This document shows, piece after piece, positions 59,010 to 64,000 of a stretch of 64,000 nucleotides of DNA. A model generated the notes under the pieces. That model was not told where the DNA came from. It did no database searches and saw only the letters and a list, made by a program, of their open reading frames with translations. A program made the translations under genes and the position numbers. The DNA is from Candidatus Hermodarchaeota archaeon (lineage in GTDB: Archaea; Asgardarchaeota; Lokiarchaeia; Sigyniarchaeales; SOKP01): the NCBI GenBank assembly GCA_048885925.1, contig JBHLLG010000006.1:1-64000 (forward strand). Direction: 5' to 3'. Numbering within the stretch: the stretch's first letter is position 1; every line of letters starts with the position of its first letter.

Positions 59010-60047
59010 TTGAAAAATGAAAATATTCAATTTGTAAAATCAATGTTTGAAAATCCATTAAATTTTCTTAAATTAGAAACTCCTCAAGTTTATAAAAACA
59101 TGGTAGTGATCCCAATCATTATTCAACATGACAAATCTCTTGATTTTATTACTATTCAACAAGCTGAAGAATTAGAATTAATCGAGATAATAGAAACTGA
59201 TACCGTTGGAGAATTAGAAGTTATCAATAAAAGCAATAAACAAGTTCTAATTCCGTTTGGAATGACAGTTCATGGTGGAAAACAAGATAGGACAATCTGG
59301 GAACCAATTTTATTACCAATTGGGGAAAAGCAATCAATTCTTAAACAAAATCCAGGAAATCCTATTCATAAATTTAAAATTCCTGCTAAATGCGTGGAGC
59401 AATCAAGATGGACCTATACAAAAGGACGTGGTTTCAAAGCAGCAAAAACAAGATTACATCCAAATGTTGCATTTGAAGCAATTTCTGCAGCGGGACAAGG
59501 TGCTGTTTGGCAAGAAATCCAATCTCATCGAACTGAAATGAATTATGCCCTTGCTATTGCTCCAACTCAAAGCTATCTAGAAATGACGAAAGAGTCTGAA
59601 AAAGATACAGAAAGAATAATAAAAAATTTCAAAAATATAGAAAATCAATGTGGAATTGCGGTGTTTATAAATGGGGAATTTATAGGAACCGAATTTTATG
59701 CTAATTCAGATGCATGGAAATTTATGAGTCATGATATCCTTAGAGCTTTTGCAATTGAAGCTTTAAGATTCGAGGATAAATCTCATAAAAAAGAAACCAC
59801 TGAATTTCATGATGAACTTATTAAAATTCTAAATAACCTTACGTTCGAATTTGACACAAGAGAAGGAGTAGGTCTTGGGAATGTAGTTGAATTCCATTCT
59901 AACAATAACAAATGGAGGGGGATTACACTAGTACACAACAACAGTCTGATTCAGTTCTATTTAGTGTCAAAACGAGGAGGTTATCAAGAACAATCTCGGG
60001 CAAACATTCAATTTCAAACTATGATTAACCAGAGATATCAAATCTAA
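59010..60047 (+). CDS. ARPP-1/DUF6569-like domain protein
   Basis: LEVINKS...GGKQDRT...CVEQSRW...QGAVW...QCGIAV. Starts 2 bp after the wHTH gene. Confidence 0.7.
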   Translation: MKNENIQFVKSMFENPLNFLKLETPQVYKNMVVIPIIIQHDKSLDFITIQQAEELELIEIIETDTVGELEVINKSNKQVLIPFGMTVHGGKQDRTIWEPILLPIGEKQSILKQNPGNPIHKFKIPAKCVEQSRWTYTKGRGFKAAKTRLHPNVAFEAISAAGQGAVWQEIQSHRTEMNYALAIAPTQSYLEMTKESEKDTERIIKNFKNIENQCGIAVFINGEFIGTEFYANSDAWKFMSHDILRAFAIEALRFEDKSHKKETTEFHDELIKILNNLTFEFDTREGVGLGNVVEFHSNNNKWRGITLVHNNSLIQFYLVSKRGGYQEQSRANIQFQTMINQRYQI

Positions 60048-60105
60048 TTTAATTAAATTTTTAAAAACTCTTTTTTTTCCTAATATCAATTTTGTTTAAA
60101 GCCTG

Positions 60106-60792
60106 TTGGAAAAAACTTATTATTTAGACTTTATTTCAAGAGATATGGATATAGTTACCTTATTTATAACTTATGGGATATTATTTCTTGGTGAGTTAGG
60201 AGATAAGACACAATTAATTGTGTTTAATTTGGCTTTAGAATACAAGAAATTTTATAAAGTTGGCATAGGTGTTACGATTGGATTTGCATTCTTAGTAACC
60301 ATTGGTGTCTTTTTTGGAACAGTTATTACGCAGTTTGTTCCACTTTTCATAATCTCAATAGTTTCTGGAATTGTTTTTATTTTAATAGGTGTTCTAGAAG
60401 CGCGAAATCTTAAGAAATTCTATCTAGAACACAAAAAGGGTAAGGATAACTCAATTGAACCTATTTCTGATAATAATCAACCAGAAGATACAAAAAATTT
60501 AACATCAAGATTTCATAAATTTAAAAATAATCCATACTTAGCAGGATTTATCTATATTTTTATAATGGAGTTAGGAGATAAGACCCAGATTTTAACTATT
60601 ACTCTTGCTTCAAGATATGGATTACCATTAGAAGTATGGTTAGGATCATTTTTAGCTTTAATCTCTGTGGCATGGATTGGAATACTTTTTGGTGGATTTA
60701 TAGCAACAAAAGTACCAAAATTTTATTTAAAATTAATCTCTACTTCGATCTTCATTTTCGTAGGAATTTTAATATTAATTACATCATTCTAA
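60106..60792 (+). CDS. TMEM165/GDT1 (UPF0016) Ca2+/Mn2+ transporter (likely start ATG 60145)
   Basis: Two ELGDKTQ motifs. Confidence 0.93.
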   Translation: MEKTYYLDFISRDMDIVTLFITYGILFLGELGDKTQLIVFNLALEYKKFYKVGIGVTIGFAFLVTIGVFFGTVITQFVPLFIISIVSGIVFILIGVLEARNLKKFYLEHKKGKDNSIEPISDNNQPEDTKNLTSRFHKFKNNPYLAGFIYIFIMELGDKTQILTITLASRYGLPLEVWLGSFLALISVAWIGILFGGFIATKVPKFYLKLISTSIFIFVGILILITSF

Positions 60793-60820
60793 ATTCATAA
60801 AAATAATAAGAAAGTTAATT

Positions 60821-61297
60821 ATGAATACGTTAGTAGTTTTTTATTCAAGGACAGGCAGAACTAAGCAAATTGCTGAAATTATTTCTAATAGTTTAAGTTG
60901 TGATTATGAAGAAATTATTGATACTAAGAAAAGAACTGGCTTGATTATAGGATTTCTAAAAAGTGGATATGATGCGACGAGAAAAAAGCTAACAACCATT
61001 AAAGATCCTCAGAAAAATCCTGAATTATATGATTTAATAATTCTAGGAACTCCAATTTGGAATAAAAGGATGACACCTGCTATAAGAACTTATATCAATG
61101 AAAATAAAAGTAAATTTAAGAAAGTTGCATTTTTTTGTACCGAAGGTGGATCTGGAGGATCAGAAACTTTTGAAAGTTTAGCTGAACTAAGTGAAAATGA
61201 ACCATTATCAACCTTGGAACTTACAAAAAAAGAAATTAAAAAAGGTTTACATACTGAAAAAATCAATTTCTTTATCAAAGAAATACAGAAAAGTTAA
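60821..61297 (+). CDS. Flavodoxin
   Basis: YSRTGRT, LGTPIW, FFCTEGG. Confidence 0.9.
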   Translation: MNTLVVFYSRTGRTKQIAEIISNSLSCDYEEIIDTKKRTGLIIGFLKSGYDATRKKLTTIKDPQKNPELYDLIILGTPIWNKRMTPAIRTYINENKSKFKKVAFFCTEGGSGGSETFESLAELSENEPLSTLELTKKEIKKGLHTEKINFFIKEIQKS

Positions 61298-61331
61298 TTA
61301 TTCTTATAATATATAACTTCTAAATGAAAAA

Positions 61332-61913
61332 CTATTGTAATTTATATCCTTCTCTGAAAGCATATAAGTTCATGTCTATTTTTTTTTTTGAAAAATGTTC
61401 TTCTAAAGATCTCTCAATTTTTTCTTTCTTTATTGGTAAAAATCTTAAAATATAACCTAGCATAATGGTATTTACAGTCTTGGGTCCTTTTATTATTTCT
61501 TTAGCAATATTCGCTACTGGTATAAAATATACATAATCGGAATGTTCAAATAATGTGTCTAATAGATAATTTAAGGAAGGATATTCTTTACCAATAATCT
61601 TTTTTTCATAGGTAGAAATAACTAATTTTGTATTTTTGTCAGGTCTGGTATATTTTAATACATCTAGTATACTACTCTCCTCTAATGCAATTATCATATC
61701 TGCTGTTCCTGTCATTGGTATAGGAGCATTCAACTTATTTCCGAAGCGAAGGAAACATGTCACCTTTCCTCCTCTTTGGCTGAGACCATGAGTTTCAGAA
61801 GTGATAACTTTATATCCTTCTCTCATTAATGCATTACCTAAGATTTGTAACAGTCTAATTAATCCTTGTCCACCCAGACCACTAATCACTATTGTATAAC
61901 TTTCAAATTTCAT
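61332..61913 (-). CDS. iorB: Indolepyruvate:ferredoxin oxidoreductase beta subunit
   Basis: SGLGGQG, SETHGLSQRGG, NTIMLG. Coupled to iorA (ATGA overlap). Confidence 0.92.
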   Translation of the reverse strand: MKFESYTIVISGLGGQGLIRLLQILGNALMREGYKVITSETHGLSQRGGKVTCFLRFGNKLNAPIPMTGTADMIIALEESSILDVLKYTRPDKNTKLVISTYEKKIIGKEYPSLNYLLDTLFEHSDYVYFIPVANIAKEIIKGPKTVNTIMLGYILRFLPIKKEKIERSLEEHFSKKKIDMNLYAFREGYKLQ

Positions 61914-63859
61914 TTTGACTCCTCCGTAATAATCGCATTATTTGGACAAATTTCTTCACATATACCACATCCTAAACATAAATTGGGATCTATATAGGCA
62001 ACATTCTCTCTTTCAGCGATAGCAGGACATCCATATTGATTATAACACAGACCACAATTATTACATACTTCTTTTTCAATACATCTTATTGCTTTGACTT
62101 GTCTTTTAAAAGATTTCTGAATACACTCGGCTTTAATAACAATTACATGTAAATTTTTACTTTTTAAAACATCAAATCCTTTTTCATAAATAAGATCTTT
62201 TAACTTTTCGGAATAATTTCCACCATTTAACTCAGATTTCTTAATAACACTTACAATTGCTCCAGTACCTTGTAAAAAATTTTCTAAATCTATACTTTTT
62301 TTAAAAATCCCCTCTTTATAATAGCGAACATCACTCCCTGGATGGGGTTGTTGCCCTGTCATTCCGATCCAACCGTTATCTAATATTAAAACTAAAATTG
62401 GAGCTTGATTATGGATTCCATTAAGGAGCGCAGGAATTCCTGAATGAAAAAATGTACCATCTCCTATGATTGCAACATTTAAACTATCACTTGTCTGAGC
62501 AACTCCTTGAGCTAAAGCTATACTGGATCCCATACAATACTTAACATTCGCAAAATTAAATGGTGGTAAAGCAAGTAAAGTATAACAACCGATATCCTGA
62601 TAAAAGTAAACTTCTTTCCCTATATCGGATTTTAGTTTTTTAACAGCTTTTGTTAATGCATACCCCGTTGTCCTATGAGGACATCCAGCACATAATATAG
62701 GATTTCTTGGGACTGTATTATAAACTTTCTCATTAATTTGATTTAAATCTATCTTCGGCTTCAGATTAGTTATTTTCATCAATGCTAAAGTAACCTTGGT
62801 GGGATTCAGTTCTCCAACAAACGGTAGTAATGATTTTTCTTTAGAATATGAAAAAGGATCCTTCCCATGAATTTTCACGTTAATAGATTTTTTTTGAGCG
62901 ATAGCTAAAATCTCAGTTTCAAGAAAGGGATCATTTTCTTCTACAACAAATACCTGTTTAAATTGTTTGAGAAAAGTTGCTATTTTTCTCGCGGGAATTG
63001 GATTTATAAAACCTATTTTGAGTATTGGTGCTTCAAGTTCAAGAAATTTCAGTGCTTCACATACATAACTATATGACACACCACTGGTGATTATTCCTAA
63101 TTCATCTTTATTTCTTAAATGCTCATTTTCAATTCTGTTTAATGGGCTATTCTCAGATATTTTTAGTGCCTTCTTCATTCTATTATATATATGATCTTCT
63201 TTTAAATCTAAAAAATAAAGCCTTAACGCAATATTTACTTCTTTAGATAAATCAAACTGATCTTCAATCTCAGACTTTTTAAGTTCTCCAATTACTACAT
63301 TACTCCTCGCATGAGACACCATAGTAACGGTTCTTAATATAACCGGTAGTTTTAATTCTCTTGAAATTTTAAAAGCTTCTCTGGTAAAATCTAAACATTC
63401 TTGGGGATCACCTGGCTCTAACGCAGGGATTTTTAATAGTTTTAAATAATTCCTTGAATCCATTTCTACAGCACTTGAATGTTGTTGAGGATCATCGGCT
63501 ATTACAATAACCATCGCTGAATTCTTGTTCTTTGGACGCGTCGTAGCTAGAGCAAATAATGGATCAGAAGCAACATTCAGACCTACATTCTTCATACCTA
63601 CCATTGAAGTTGCTCCTCTAGAATATGCTGCACCTGCCACTTCAATAGCAACTTTTTCGTTAATACTACTTTCTACCCATTTCATCCCTACTTCTCTGAA
63701 AATCTCCATAAAATTTTCTCCAACTTCAGAGCTGGGTGTACCAGGATAATAAGTATAAACATCTATGCCACTTTCTAAAGCACCGCGAACAATTGCTTCA
63801 TTTCCTAGTAAAAATTTCTCATCACCAGGATTACCTTTAACAATTTTATTATAACTCAT
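61910..63859 (-). CDS. iorA: Indolepyruvate:ferredoxin oxidoreductase alpha subunit
   Basis: LLGNEAIVRGA, YPGTPSSE, NEKVA.E, CAGCPH, DIGCY, IGDGTFFHSG, C-terminal 2x[4Fe-4S]. Confidence 0.95.
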   Translation of the reverse strand: MSYNKIVKGNPGDEKFLLGNEAIVRGALESGIDVYTYYPGTPSSEVGENFMEIFREVGMKWVESSINEKVAIEVAGAAYSRGATSMVGMKNVGLNVASDPLFALATTRPKNKNSAMVIVIADDPQQHSSAVEMDSRNYLKLLKIPALEPGDPQECLDFTREAFKISRELKLPVILRTVTMVSHARSNVVIGELKKSEIEDQFDLSKEVNIALRLYFLDLKEDHIYNRMKKALKISENSPLNRIENEHLRNKDELGIITSGVSYSYVCEALKFLELEAPILKIGFINPIPARKIATFLKQFKQVFVVEENDPFLETEILAIAQKKSINVKIHGKDPFSYSKEKSLLPFVGELNPTKVTLALMKITNLKPKIDLNQINEKVYNTVPRNPILCAGCPHRTTGYALTKAVKKLKSDIGKEVYFYQDIGCYTLLALPPFNFANVKYCMGSSIALAQGVAQTSDSLNVAIIGDGTFFHSGIPALLNGIHNQAPILVLILDNGWIGMTGQQPHPGSDVRYYKEGIFKKSIDLENFLQGTGAIVSVIKKSELNGGNYSEKLKDLIYEKGFDVLKSKNLHVIVIKAECIQKSFKRQVKAIRCIEKEVCNNCGLCYNQYGCPAIAERENVAYIDPNLCLGCGICEEICPNNAIITEESK

Positions 63860-64000
63860 TTTCTCTAAAGGATCAGATCAGAATTTGTATATATATTATC
63901 AAAAATTTGCCTTACAATTTATCTTTACATAATTTTAAAATTTATTCATTTAAGGATTCAAATTTTATATCTTTCAAACTGAAAGAAGTTATCTATTTAT

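Noticed and set aside
761-63749. Numerous short antisense or overlapping ORFs in the track (e.g. 761-1078, 6043-6333, 19669-19908, 31215-31574, 46742-47095, 51192-51386, 58457-58654, 63525-63749)
   Set aside because: They are shadows of well-supported genes on the opposite strand or another frame, with no motifs or start context.
1-64000. tRNA/rRNA genes, transposases, integrases, prophage genes
   Set aside because: No GC-rich structured RNA-like segments or mobile-element protein motifs were recognised by eye. A tRNAscan/Infernal run would be needed to exclude small RNAs.

Overview
This is an AT-rich, gene-dense archaeal chromosomal segment, almost certainly from an Asgard archaeon of the Lokiarchaeia/Promethearchaeia. 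It encodes several eukaryotic-signature-like proteins: three small GTPases (two fused to longin/roadblock-like modules), a V4R protein, a gelsolin-domain protein, a VWA-RING-RING protein, SNAP/TPR-like proteins and a family of single-pass receptor-like proteins. It also carries anaerobic and housekeeping genes (cdhA, an MtrH-like protein, iorAB, GH57 plus maltokinase, pcm, a U32 protein, a BpsA-SpeD fusion). I found no rRNA, tRNA, CRISPR array or transposase. The top finding is that cdhA (ACDS alpha subunit/CO dehydrogenase) is interrupted by a 34-nt insert (5548-5581) that folds into a bulge-helix-bulge/loop (BHB/BHL) motif. Cleavage at the canonical tRNA-splicing-endonuclease positions restores the frame and the conserved motif YMPICDMCCLC, making this a candidate tRNA-type intron in a protein-coding mRNA of central carbon metabolism. 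Other leads are two unannotated paralogous ~47-aa microproteins, a Rab-like gene lacking a canonical start upstream of its beta-1 strand, mosaic receptor-like paralogs, a uORF plus long hairpin leader, and several perfect operator-like palindromes. All assignments come from motif recognition by eye; no searches were run.
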